A DNA stretch of 64,000 bases from Balanoglossus misakiensis. Taxonomy: Eukaryota; Animalia; Hemichordata. The position numbers were made by a program, and so were the translations under genes. The stretch spans positions 7,504,063 to 7,568,062 of the forward strand of contig CM082582.2 in assembly GCA_040954595.2 (NCBI GenBank), written 5' to 3'. The notes under the pieces were generated by a model. The model did not search any database. It saw nothing but the letters and a program-made list of their open reading frames with translations, and was not told the origin of the DNA. Below, one piece after another: positions 1 through 15,133 of this stretch. Position 1 is the stretch's first letter. Every line of letters starts with the position of its first letter.

Positions 1-73
1 GTATTTAATAACGAATTACCCGCAGATGGATTAATTGAATCTCACATAACCATTGGCTACGCCATTAACCTAC

Positions 74-1123
74 CGTAAGTGCAACCATCTTCATCGCTGA
101 AATCCTTGCAGTGGTTGATTCCATCGCAGCGTAGATACTGTTTGATACACAGGTCACCATTTGCACAGTGAAAATCTCCAGATATACAAGGAGCTGCAAA
201 ATATTCGGTACCATGTGTTTAATCCATTTTTAAACAAGTTAAGTGGCGTCGATAGATATATATATATAAGCGTAACTTACCGTAGTAGGGTAACACAACC
301 TGCTCGTCAACAATCAACATCTTTTTGTGTGGAGACGAAGCGATGGCGGACTTCCTCAATTTGTTGACGTTACAAACAGTCACGCTGGGAAAGACGAGTC
401 GCTTCTCCGTCACCACTTCAATCTGTCATACGTAAAAAATAGAGTCAATTATTCTAGATCTGTGGAAATGTGTAAAGTTTTTTTTTTCTCGAAATGATGA
501 ACGAAGTCACGGATATACATCATATACCGGTAGGTGTACAACAGTTCCAATTAATATTTGTTACTTTGATACTAGATAAGAAATGAAATTGGTACGTCTA
601 TGGATAGATTGATGGATGGGTGGATATATCGGTGAATGAATGAATGAATGAATGAATGAATGAATGAATGAATGAATGAATGAATGAATGAATGAATGAA
701 TGAATGAATGAATGAATGAATGAATGAATGAATGAATGAATCACCTTCGTAATGACGTCAAATTTCAGGAATTGTCCAACTAAAGCCGACCCTTGCCACA
801 GGAATGCTCCGAAACCCGTTAAAGTGACGACCAACCAGCAAATGGCAACGGTTCGATTGGTCGCCCCGCAGATCCTCGGGATGCCGTGAGTCGTGGTGTT
901 CAGCCCGCATTGTTTCACCACGCCCCAGATGGTCGCCAGGTTTTTCTCCTCGGTTTCGTCGACGACGTTGACCCGGGGAAACGCGGGGTCGATGGTGTCA
1001 TACAGTTGCGGGCCAACATCTGACGCGCCGTTGAAGTTGACGGGTGGGGCGACACCAAACGCCTGGTCGGAGATCGAATAAATGGCGTTTTCCCGCGCAA
1101 ACCTGCCATTGTTGCGTTGATCG
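74..1123 (-). CDS. DEG/ENaC (amiloride-sensitive Na+ channel/degenerin family) gene, 5' part; exons 1123-745, 422-281, 193-74; continues beyond the left edge
   Basis: Spliced translation gives the HG motif (NTTTHGIPRI), TM1 (ICWLVVTLTGFGAFLWQG) and the FPSVTVCNVN signature. GT-AG sites are phase-consistent. Exon 193-74 encodes an LDLa module. Confidence 0.9.
633..741. repeat. (TGAA)n microsatellite in the DEG/ENaC intron
   Basis: About 27 perfect TGAA units, directly visible. Confidence 0.97.
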
Positions 1124-1954
1124 CTGCAAGAAATCGCCAGTTCAACAGTTGGTTAGTGTTAACACGTACAGCACATGCTATTTGGTATTAAATAAATTAA
1201 TGAGATGAACTGTTCCATTTTCATATCTCCATGGTTACTCTATCTTGCCTTATTTTCACTTCCCCATCATCTATCAGCAACTCTACACGGTGATGAGGGG
1301 GTGTATTTGCATAATAGCCAACTTTGTTCAAGAAGGAAGGGAGTAAGCTTATATACATGGTCATAAAGAAATAAGATACACCAGTTATTTTTTTCTGGTA
1401 TGACCTAACGTTTAATTTTAGGCGCGCATATTAGGTCACGATATCAAAATGGCATTTATTCGATCGAGCTGTTTCATGCATATCCATGTACGTGATCCGA
1501 TACAACTGTACATGTCTATTTATTTCGTGATTTGTAAATCTTAGCCCTTAAACTGTATTGATTTGCCTTCCTTTGGTGATATTTTAGACTTCCATGGCCA
1601 ATACCCGGATTTTACTCTTTTCGTTCGACAAAACTGCTCACCAAAAATAAAAAAACACTACTTATACATTGTAGTTAGATAAGCATTTACTGTCATTAAT
1701 TCGCAATTAATTACAGCATTCTTGGTTGTCAAAAACATGAAACGTCACATTTCTGCAGACTCAGTCTGTTTTATAAGCCATTTTAAGAATATTAGCTTAC
1801 ATCCGATAAATATAAATCACGATTGTGGTGTGTCTCTATACGAAGCAAGGAACCTTCCTTCTCAGGACTTCGTTCTCAGTTCCCCGTGTGCAGATGCCCT
1901 CCCCTCGTGTGCAAACACATATAGGGCGTTCTCACTGAAACGTTTACACCGGTG

Positions 1955-2995
1955 CTACACCGGTGTAGATTCGACTCCGGCGGGGAAAAAAATAAGTGAG
2001 AACGCCATCTCCCACCCAGCGGTATTCAAGTTCACGGATTGCCAAGTAAGGGACTGCCTTCCTCGCTGCGCTTTCCCCTGCGCAGAAATACGACTCCCGC
2101 GATGGCTGCAGCCGCTCCCAGTATTGTGACAGCCAGCATAGATATGGGGTATATTTCCGCGGTCGCGTCCGAAATTTTGGCTTAATTGTGCCATACGCGC
2201 ATCTTCGTCGGTCGAGTTCGTGAACGGGATTTTCAACCCCGCAGCCTCTTGATCTGTTCCGCGTGCAGATTCGGGGCTGGGAACACTTCCCTCTCGGATG
2301 GGCATCTCTTTCGCTGAGCATGCGCTACAGTTCTTGCCGGCGTGTCTTATCTTCATGGCAACCGAGCTAGGCGCGCCCCTACTTCTGGATATAGCGGCCA
2401 TCTTTGATGTGCAGTTGCCATCCAGAAATATCATCAATCTATGCGCAAAATGCTGACAGTTGTGATCGTACAGATCAAAGTCCTCCCCTCTCCACTTCTC
2501 CAGAAACGTTGCCAAGTCTCCCGGTCGGCACGTACTCGTGCCGTATTTGGTGAATTCCGTCACATTTCCATTTTCAGAGTTATACTTGTAGTTTGGGTCG
2601 CCTGCATCCAAGACGGTGACGCCCTCCGGGGCGTACTCGTAGGTGAGACCCCGATAGGTGACAAATTCGTGTTCCCAACGCAGGTACGAGCGCCCGGTGG
2701 TTCTCTGGAAGAAAGACAGCGGTCTCCACCCGTCCCAGATGTCGAAGACGCCGTTCTTCAGATCACCGTGACAACCATCCTCAGCTTCGGTTAGCGGATT
2801 CAAGCAGCTTTCCTCGGTCCTCTCCGTCTCCGGCAGACAGCGTACACTTCTCGGCTTGCAGTGAGCTCCCCTGTCGTGCGGACAATAAAACTCGCCGCTG
2901 CCGCAGACTGGCGCGCCGGGCAGCGCGAGTATCAGCGCACTCGTTTGGGCCAAAATCCACGCCCGGCCCGTCAAAACGAAAGCCAATCGCGTCAT
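1955..2995 (-). CDS. Intronless secreted PPPDE/DeSI-like (permuted papain fold) peptidase, 346 aa
   Basis: Hydrophobic N-terminus, Cys-rich LDLa-like segment (CGSGEFYCPHDRGAHCKPRSVRC), His motif WEHEFVTYRGLTYEY and Cys motif FDLYDHNCQHFAHRL typical of PPPDE. Confidence 0.72.
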   Translation of the reverse strand: MTRLAFVLTGRAWILAQTSALILALPGAPVCGSGEFYCPHDRGAHCKPRSVRCLPETERTEESCLNPLTEAEDGCHGDLKNGVFDIWDGWRPLSFFQRTTGRSYLRWEHEFVTYRGLTYEYAPEGVTVLDAGDPNYKYNSENGNVTEFTKYGTSTCRPGDLATFLEKWRGEDFDLYDHNCQHFAHRLMIFLDGNCTSKMAAISRSRGAPSSVAMKIRHAGKNCSACSAKEMPIREGSVPSPESARGTDQEAAGLKIPFTNSTDEDARMAQLSQNFGRDRGNIPHIYAGCHNTGSGCSHRGSRISAQGKAQRGRQSLTWQSVNLNTAGWEMAFSLIFFPAGVESTPV

Positions 2996-4007
2996 TGTCG
3001 TGATTTAACCAAACTTGAAAACACCCGATCTCTGTCGCAAAACACACCAAGCCAGGCATACATGAAATGTAAGCAATCAAAGCGGCGAAAAGTGTCTCTT
3101 TTGAGAGCCAAAGTCGATTGCGATCGTCTTTAGGTTTATGAATGGCTGCCAAGCATGACGTGGTTTAATAAATAGTTATGTGGAAGTGATCAACTCTATA
3201 TCTACTTCTTACTTCCTTATTGAGGCTGCGTACACGCAACTCCCGCCAGTTTCGCGTGTATGCTAGCACCGGTATGTCACGACGATCAGGCTGAACCAGA
3301 ATAAATGGAACTGTGCCAATTAGATCGTGCCTGTGACATGTACATGTATAGTTGCTTAAAGTAATCGGAAGATCCTAAAATTATTACAAAAATGATATGC
3401 ATGCGCTCTGATTATTCGACATACGTCGACTTTTCAAACACCGATCAAAATTGTGTGTGTTTTAAATACAAATAGTGCAGTTGTTTAATTTAAACAGTGT
3501 AATTAACGTGACAATTGTCGTAAAAACCGCTAAACTCACGAGGCATCGTCGAAACAGTGGGGTATTGTTAGTGTGAATGTTGAAATTCTCGACACATTAC
3601 ATAACGGTACTATCCTCAAGTATATTTACAGGTATAGATGATTTTACATTTGTAAACATTTTCTCCCCACGTGGGGTGTCTACTTTCAATTACTGGGCCC
3701 GTCAGCTTGATTGTCGGTGTTCAAACACTTTAATCTGTAAATCAGTGAACAGACAGAGCTTCCACAGATGGTTAGAGTGACCGCCAAACTCACACATGGT
3801 GCTTGGGTATGACGTCACCAATGCGCTGCTGTTGTTTTTCGTTTTACGAAGCATAAATACGTGTAACTCAACGATTGAAAGTCAGGCCGGATAACTATTG
3901 TCCCCGGGGTTTCGTGAGCCGAAACACCAGTTGTCGTTTAACAAGCACCCTGTGTATATCAGGTGTGACCTATGACAGAACGGCTTGTGAGATTCTATGA
4001 TTATGGC

Positions 4008-4091
4008 TATAGACGGCGGATGGTTGTCCTACCACTGTCTATTCTATGACCATAGACAGTGCGGAGTGGAGCTGTCCCTCCACCGTCTATG
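4008..4091. mobile_element. Two tiny hairpin elements with (C/T)ATAGAC...GTCTAT(G) ends (MITE-like)
   Basis: 4051-4091 is CATAGACAGTG...CACCGTCTATG and 4008-4043 is similar. Related CACAGACAAA...TTTGTCTGTG inserts occur at 28648-28688 and 31165-31205. Confidence 0.4.
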
Positions 4092-4441
4092 CTGTGATTA
4101 AATGACACAGAATACGCCTGACTGGAGAAAGACAAAGACCGGCTCTCCGTACCTCAGCAATAAGCACCTGTCTTGTCGTCTCCGTTGATCTATCTTTCCC
4201 TCTCATCGCATAGCAGATACTAGTGATCTGTTCGTGTTAATTTTCGTTCAGTTTTGCACCCATCAATGCGGGCCTGTTGGGCCAACATGTACGGAAGATT
4301 CTCAGTTATATCAACATGACATTGTATACTCCCCTAAGATTTTACCCGCAGACTGTCGATATATGTTGTATGTTTACAGACCACTTTCGAAGGGCCAACA
4401 ACGTGTTTACTTATCCCGTGTTGTCAGGAGATTCCACGTAC

Positions 4442-4569
4442 CTTTCTGTCCTCGGACCAGTCAACCACCTCGACTGATAAACCGCGTGCCGTACGTCCCG
4501 AATATTGGTCAGAGGGTCGCCGTGACGGTCCGGAGAATCGCTCAAGTGCGACCCGCCAGCCCTGGACAT
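4442..4569 (-). CDS. Candidate first coding exon of the DEG/ENaC gene (MSRAGGSHLSDSPDRHGDP...)
   Basis: ATG in AAAATG context, 128 nt open to an AG|GTACGT phase-2 donor. This matches the phase-2 acceptor at 1123, whose exon has no in-frame ATG. Confidence 0.35.
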
Positions 4570-5782
4570 TTTCGCCGCGGTGAAATGGCCAGCAACACTA
4601 AAGAAATTCCTCTCACCCCAATCAGCCAAGTCCTCGACTTCTTTGAAATTCACCACTGGCCCCGAAACCTCCCGATACAATTGTCATGCTAATCGATCCC
4701 ACCGACGGCTGTCGCAGTGTCACAACCGATTTGCATGTCAAAGTAAAAAAAAAGGACTTTCGCCACGTAAACCGATTATTCAGTACCATCCCAAGGTAAA
4801 GTACCTAGTACCTTGAACATCCACAAAACCTCACTGAAAGAGTTAACATAGCGCACTTCAGTTGGTCATTGTGACGTAGGCGCTGCAGAATCCATCACCA
4901 CATTTGGTTTGTTGTGTTTCTCTGAGTGTGCGTGTGTGTGAATTCTTTTGGTGTCTTTTATATTCATAACAGGCAACCAGAGACTACAGATGTTCTGCCA
5001 ATTTTCATAAACTAACCCTGCAAATCAGGTACATTGCTCGCTGCAGACTGGGACCGTATGGTGGTGGTGGTGATGATTAATAATTAGATTATACACGCGA
5101 ACATAGGCCTAACATTTCGCTTACAAGAAACCTTTATTTCTTTATACGCTTGTGAAGTTTCGAGAAAACATCGTTTGTAAAAAAAATATATTAAACTAAA
5201 CATTAAAATGTTTTAATGTCCAACAATATACATGGCGTTTTTTTGTATAACTTATTAACAACTGTCATCCTAAGATACCAAGTGTTTTTCCCAACGTTAT
5301 CATTCGAGCTTTTTGAGGTCACAACATATCGACCACGTATCGTTCGAGCGTCTGACGGTGTCAAGTGTCTCATTCATCATTGGTTCAGATAACCAAGTGG
5401 CCTACTGCCGTCGGAGCTATATTGCTATGGCGACAAAATGGAAAACACAGACCACACGAGAAAGCTTAACATATAGTAGAGAGAGAGCAGCGCATATTTC
5501 ACATCAGTACAACAGGTGAAACAGGAAACTCGAATGTACCACGTCAATTCAGATACGAGAACGGGGAGATGAACGGTGCAATAATATAATATACTAGTTG
5601 GAATAAAGTGCAAAGTTCAAAACGAAACGCTTAGTGTGTATTCAACACTGCCGTGCCGTCGATAAACGCCTATCATGTAGGCCTAGGCCCTGTAGTTCCC
5701 CGCATAAGCAATTCGTAGAATTCAGTCATGTGATCACCTGGCAGGGACTGGTACGATCAAGCATCAGTAGGCGTTCACCACA

Positions 5783-7996
5783 ATGGCTGCCAAGGTGCCG
5801 ACGTTTCTGGAGGAAATCAGTGAGAATTTTCTCCTCTGCGGTATCTGTTCGGACCGGTACAAAAATCCCAAAATTCTACCGTGTTTTCACAGCTTCTGCG
5901 AGCCGTGTCTAGGTAAGCTAGCAGGGAAAAGCGGCGGTCTGACCTGTCCAATATGTCGGCGGTCACACAAACTTCCTGGTAGTGGCGTGTCGGGCCTTGA
6001 CAACAATCCTTTCTTGAATGATTTGGTCGACCTGCTCAAGAATCGAGAAAACGAGCACGGTGATTCGGCGAAATGCGACGGTTGCAAGCAAGGCGACCAG
6101 GCGAAGCACTGTATTGAATGTTCCATCGCAATATGCTCAAACTGTGCAGCTACGCACACACTAATTCCGATGACGAAATCACATCGACTGGTGTCCATTG
6201 ACGAGTACCGATCAGCAAAGTCCGCAGACCCCGCTTCGGTACAGCCGCCGGTCTACTGCAGCAAACATCCAAACTACGAAATCGAATTCTACTGCGATAC
6301 GTGTGACAAGGCAATCTGTCTGAAGTGTACCGCCCTGGACCATTCGAAACCCGAGCACCAGTACAGATGTATTACAGAGGCAGCCAAAGACTACACAAAG
6401 GAGGTAACGGCCATGTTCGACAAAATGAAAACGAAAGAGGTCGAGGCAAACGACAGCAAAACCGCTGTAGCTGAAACCTTAGAGTCTTTGGATGCCTGCT
6501 TCAAAAGAGAGAAAAAGAAACTGCAAGACCACACTCACAAAACGAAAGAAGAAATAACGCGCCTCGTCGACGAAAACAGTGATAAACTGTTGAAAGAAAT
6601 GGAGGCCGAATACGAAAATAGAAAGGTAAACTTGAACGCGCAGCTGAAAGAACTAGAGATCATGGGATGTGACCTATCGAGTGCGCGGGAATATGCCGAG
6701 AAATTGGTGAATTATGGCAAAGCTACACATTTGATGTCGGCCAAGATTGGAATGTCTACCAAGATGGAACAAGTACTGAAAGGAGAAGGGAAACGTGAGC
6801 CGAAAGAGAGTGACTACTTGGAATTCAAACCGTGCGACAACTTTTGTAAGAGCAAGACCCTCGGAATGATCCGAACAGAAATGTTGTATACCTTGACGGA
6901 TGTGCCAATTTACCGAAGGGTCGATGAGGACATCGTTGTAACCATGGCACCGGAAGCCAAACCGGCAAACCCACGAGCTTCGACCGGCAAAGTTGAATCG
7001 GTACTGAAGGCCCCAGACGGTAGCACAGAGAAAGTACAAGTGAACCATCGTGGGAACGGAACGGTGACTTTGAAAGCGCGGGCGAAGATTGAAGGGGAGC
7101 ACGAACTGTCAGTGTCAGTGCGTAAGAAAGCAGTACAGGGATCACCGGTTAGAGTAAAAGTAATTCCAAAGAAAGGGTTGCTTTACAAGTTCGGGGAGAG
7201 AGGCGAAGGGGTTGGTCAATTGAAAGAGCCGTACGGGATAAAGATAACGAGAAAGAAAGGCGTTTTAGTTTGTGATCACGATAATGGCAGACTACAGACA
7301 TTCTCTACGAAAGGAAAACACCATAATGTATTTCAGTTTAGAGATTTTGCGAATGCAAAGCCCAATGATGTAGCTTTTTCATTGAAAGGCGATTTTTTCA
7401 TGACAGATGAAGGAAACAGACAAGTAATTGTCTGTGACGAGAATGGCAAAGTAATCAAGTGTTTTGGTAAGGGGAAGATAACAACCCCAATCGGTATTTC
7501 TATAAGTCCTGTCAATGGCATGGTTTACGTTGTTGATTTCCGTCAGCATTGTATTCACATTTACGACCAAGATGGAAATCACATCAAATCATTTGGCCGT
7601 GAGGGAAGCAAAGAGGGCGAGTTTAACAGGCCTTTGTTTATCTGCATTGATGACAAAGGCAATGTCTATGTAACAGATGCCAACAACCGTCGGATTCAAG
7701 TGTTCGATGGTGACGGTCACTTCCTGTATTCATTCGGCTCCAAAGGAAGTGGAGATGGTCAGCTGAGTTACCCCCTTGGAGTGGCTGTGGATAAACACGG
7801 CTATGTGTATGTCTCAGATTGTTCTAATCTCAGAATCGTCAAATATGAATCCGGGGGGAAATTCGTCTGTCGTGTTGACAGTGACGGTGATGGACTCAGT
7901 CGTCCCTATGGTATCTGTGTAACCGACGACGAACCATTTGCTAAGGTTCTGGTTGCGGATTGTGGAAACGGCTGTGTAAAAGTGTTCGCACAGTAA
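5783..7996 (+). CDS. TRIM-NHL E3 ubiquitin ligase (RING, two B-boxes, coiled coil, filamin, NHL repeats; TRIM2/3/71-like), intronless CDS
   Basis: C3HC4 RING (CGIC...PCFHSFCEPC...CPIC), B-box CSKH...FYCDTCDKAICLKC, filamin-like GEHELSVSV...GSP, repeated NHL motifs (GQLSYPLGVAVD). Confidence 0.95.
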   Translation: MAAKVPTFLEEISENFLLCGICSDRYKNPKILPCFHSFCEPCLGKLAGKSGGLTCPICRRSHKLPGSGVSGLDNNPFLNDLVDLLKNRENEHGDSAKCDGCKQGDQAKHCIECSIAICSNCAATHTLIPMTKSHRLVSIDEYRSAKSADPASVQPPVYCSKHPNYEIEFYCDTCDKAICLKCTALDHSKPEHQYRCITEAAKDYTKEVTAMFDKMKTKEVEANDSKTAVAETLESLDACFKREKKKLQDHTHKTKEEITRLVDENSDKLLKEMEAEYENRKVNLNAQLKELEIMGCDLSSAREYAEKLVNYGKATHLMSAKIGMSTKMEQVLKGEGKREPKESDYLEFKPCDNFCKSKTLGMIRTEMLYTLTDVPIYRRVDEDIVVTMAPEAKPANPRASTGKVESVLKAPDGSTEKVQVNHRGNGTVTLKARAKIEGEHELSVSVRKKAVQGSPVRVKVIPKKGLLYKFGERGEGVGQLKEPYGIKITRKKGVLVCDHDNGRLQTFSTKGKHHNVFQFRDFANAKPNDVAFSLKGDFFMTDEGNRQVIVCDENGKVIKCFGKGKITTPIGISISPVNGMVYVVDFRQHCIHIYDQDGNHIKSFGREGSKEGEFNRPLFICIDDKGNVYVTDANNRRIQVFDGDGHFLYSFGSKGSGDGQLSYPLGVAVDKHGYVYVSDCSNLRIVKYESGGKFVCRVDSDGDGLSRPYGICVTDDEPFAKVLVADCGNGCVKVFAQ

Positions 7997-8799
7997 CTCA
8001 CAGATACAAGAATCCACATGTAACTGTAATTAACATGTTACTGATCAGACTCTTGCGACCAGGAAAAATGCAAATTTTGCCATTTTCGCAAAATGTGTAC
8101 TTTGAAAGTCCCTCATTGTGGCTGCGCTGCATTAAAACTTTGTGCAGAGTTACAGCTGCAGTACATTTATAGCTAAACGCTTTTTGACGACATGAACATT
8201 TGTCATTAATGGCCACTTTTACTTTTAGTCCGGACTTGCAGCCATTTATCAACAATACTGGTGGTCATTACACATATACATGCTACTTTGATATAGTACT
8301 GAGTATTTCAAATTTTATGCGAAGCAATGATAACATTTATACAGATCGAAGAATATTTAACGCCATGTTGTGATATTATTATTCTTATTTGAATGTGATA
8401 TGTGAAACTCTTTTTGCGTTCAGAGTGTTAAACTGATATAGGGGTGTTTTATGCATAGAAGTGTAACATTAACTTTATCGTTGTTGTTAAATATACGTCA
8501 CTTTTTGCAATTTAAATAAGAAACCCTTGAAAAAAACTGTCGAAGCTTTTCTGAAAAGGATGAGATGTAAATTTATATTTTGCACGTCAAATGAGTGTGA
8601 GGAATTAATCCTCAATTAAACAAATACAAACTCTTTTAAATGACAACAGCGGAGCTTTAATTAACAGTTTCAGGAAGAATGGTTTTGTTTGAAACGGTGC
8701 GGAAGTGTCTCACTATACCATGACTTTTGAAGAAAACGGTCCCCTTATACCTGTAACCCTGTATTAATTCAGTGCTAAAATTCAACAAGATAACGTTTC

Positions 8800-9717
8800 T
8801 TAGGCAGTTGATGCTGGAATAAGATCCAATGACGTCACGTGGGGAAATCCGCCTGCGTCAGTGTTACCCTTGATGAAGAGACCGAGCTTCTGATTGGCCG
8901 CCACAGTTGCCGCATCTGTCGGCTTGTTCGCAAACACGTAGTGTCGTCCATCATCACTGACCGTCACGATGTCGGCGTCCCAAACCTGTAAAGAGCGGAA
9001 GTGACGCACAATAAACGGAAGCCACATTTTCACACAATGGCGATGGCCTGGCACTACCTGTTGCGCGTTATACATCTTCTTCGTGAATTAATGAGCAGTA
9101 CCATTATCAACCAACAAAATTGAAGCGGAGTTTTTGTTTAAAATGATTGACGTTTGTAACTGCCAGGCATTCTCAGGCTGTAATTTCAAGGTTTAGTTTT
9201 CACCCATCCTGAAAACCACTCCCAAAAATGACGGAAATTTCTCGTGTTAGATGAGTCCTATTCAAGACATATGATTTTAATTAACGGGACATTAGCTGTA
9301 ACTTTCGGCTTGTGTATAATCCAAATAAAATGATTGTCAACGATATTGCAAGTTCAACAATTCAGCCACGTTATTTCTTCGGGTATAAGAGAGTAAAACA
9401 GTATATACTAGTCATATTTAGCAAAACTTTGTTTTATAAAAATATAATGAAGTATTCTCTTTTTGTTAAAACCGGCATTGGAAAGTGATTGACATCGACT
9501 AGGCATTGTGTTGTGTTACCTTCAATCCGTGGATTTGCTGGGCGAAATTGACTACAACATTCCAACCATCGGCCATGTCTTGACTGGCGCTGCTTTCGAG
9601 AACGCCAGCAAAGCCGTTTTTCCACGATGTGAATTTTGTCAGTCCCTGGGCCCAGGTTCCACAGAACTGACAGCAGATAACCACAGCCAGGACGGCGAAG
9701 CTGCGACGGACGCTCAT
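8800..9717 (-). CDS. Secreted stand-alone CBM2-like carbohydrate-binding protein, 127 aa; exons 9717-9520 and 8985-8800
   Basis: Signal peptide followed by SWKNGFAG, GWNVVVNF, K|VWDA and YVFANKP. AAG|GTAAC donor and CAG acceptor join in phase 0. Same layout as the neighbouring cellulase CBM2. Confidence 0.78.
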
Positions 9718-10436
9718 GATATCGCGATATTTCTTCTCTATCGGGCGCGGTTAAAGAGCAACCGATTGACCGGAGTTTAAATTTTCTCGAATCACGACTG
9801 TCTAATAAGAGGGTCGACTCTACGAAAGAGAAATGTTTCTGTCGGCAAATATTATTTTAATGCTTCTGAATCACTAAATGTCGGCAATTAAAGCTACTTT
9901 TGAACAAATATGCTAAAATTTGACGCACGGACCGCCTGTATCGTTTTATTACTCTGGATGCGACACAATAGTCACACTTTTCTGCTTTGAAAAAAATAAT
10001 ATTTGCTCGATTGAAATTCACTTAACCTAGTGGGAAGAACGAATCCAGCAAGGCGATGATGACGGAACGTCCATTGTCACGAATATTAAAAATGTTATAA
10101 AGCATATCATGTTGTGTGGGTTTTTATATATTTCTCTAAATGGACGCCACGTGTTGTGTGTAATGAAGGTTTATTAAATCGACATCGGTTTTTTAATTGG
10201 GAACGGTAAGACACGCTAAAAGTATTCGAACAAAAGAAATTCTAACCCGCTGTTATGAGAATGGTGTCGATTTACCGAAGTAGGCACTTTGTTAAAACAT
10301 CGTACACGGTGTACTCCGCGAAGCGAAAAGCGCTTTCGTCAGCCTTTTTTATCTATCTCAGTGGGTCATTACGACAAAACGGTCCATAGCTGCAGAACTA
10401 CGCTCATTTTCCCCCGAAGACTCAAACCGCATCGAC

Positions 10437-14367
<3,931 letters not shown>

Positions 14368-14746
14368 GGTTGAGTGCCTGTACAACGGACGTGCATAAGA
14401 AACACTGGATATAACGAAGCAATGCCGGACATCGACAAAGAACTTCATAACTTTACTTCCAACTTTTATTGTGACCGTAGAGTTCGGAATGTAAAATGTG
14501 TTAACTTACTAGATGTCTCCTACTATAAAATAAACTCACGCAACAACACTTCTGATTGTATTGGTATAATTCTATTGGCACGGGTACTGAGACTTTTAAA
14601 AATGAAATTGTAGTAAGGATAATAACTTCTCTGTTTTTATTCATATTTTGCCTGAAAATTTGTGCTACTCAGTGCGTATAGGCATACTTCTTATCAAGTT
14701 TAGCAAAACCATGGTTTGATGGTATCCGGTGATGCAATAACATTAT

Positions 14747-14816
14747 TAGCCCGGAGACACAGGCGTCGATCTAGAATACAATCCTTTTCCCCTACTACGC
14801 CTGTGTCTCCGGGCTA
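14747..14816. mobile_element. 70-bp MITE with 20-bp perfect TIRs (TAG...CTA) and 9-bp TSD
   Basis: TAGCCCGGAGACACAGGCGT...ACGCCTGTGTCTCCGGGCTA, flanked on both sides by TAACATTAT. Confidence 0.9.
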
Positions 14817-14956
14817 TAACATTATAAACGAGAAATGAATATTCTTTATAAAGGAAATGCCAAATTCGTGTTTCTCGCTAGTCTACCATGCCATTCTCCC
14901 TGGTAAAACACAGTAATATCATCAAAACAATCAACGACGACACACACCTATGCTAG

Positions 14957-15008
14957 TGACCTTTGACCCGGAAGAGGCGGCTGTTCGAGTCATCGTCAAA
15001 ATGGCCGC
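14957..15008 (+). promoter_or_regulatory. Candidate Rab proximal promoter motifs: DR1, ETS, YY1
   Basis: TGACCTTTGACC, CCGGAAG and CAAAATGGCCGC clustered about 130-180 bp upstream of the ATG. Confidence 0.45.
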
Positions 15009-15133
15009 ATAGTGCAGGCAATGTGAACGTCCGCTATGACAAATTTATTCCACATATGAACCCACAGGATTATGAATGCCAAATGTTCGTGAAGATTATT
15101 GCAGGGGTGATAAAACTGACAACTCTGTGAAAT

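Noticed and set aside
598-744. IHSF-repeat peptide at the end of ORF 598..921
   Set aside because: Read-through past the splice donor into the (TGAA)n microsatellite.
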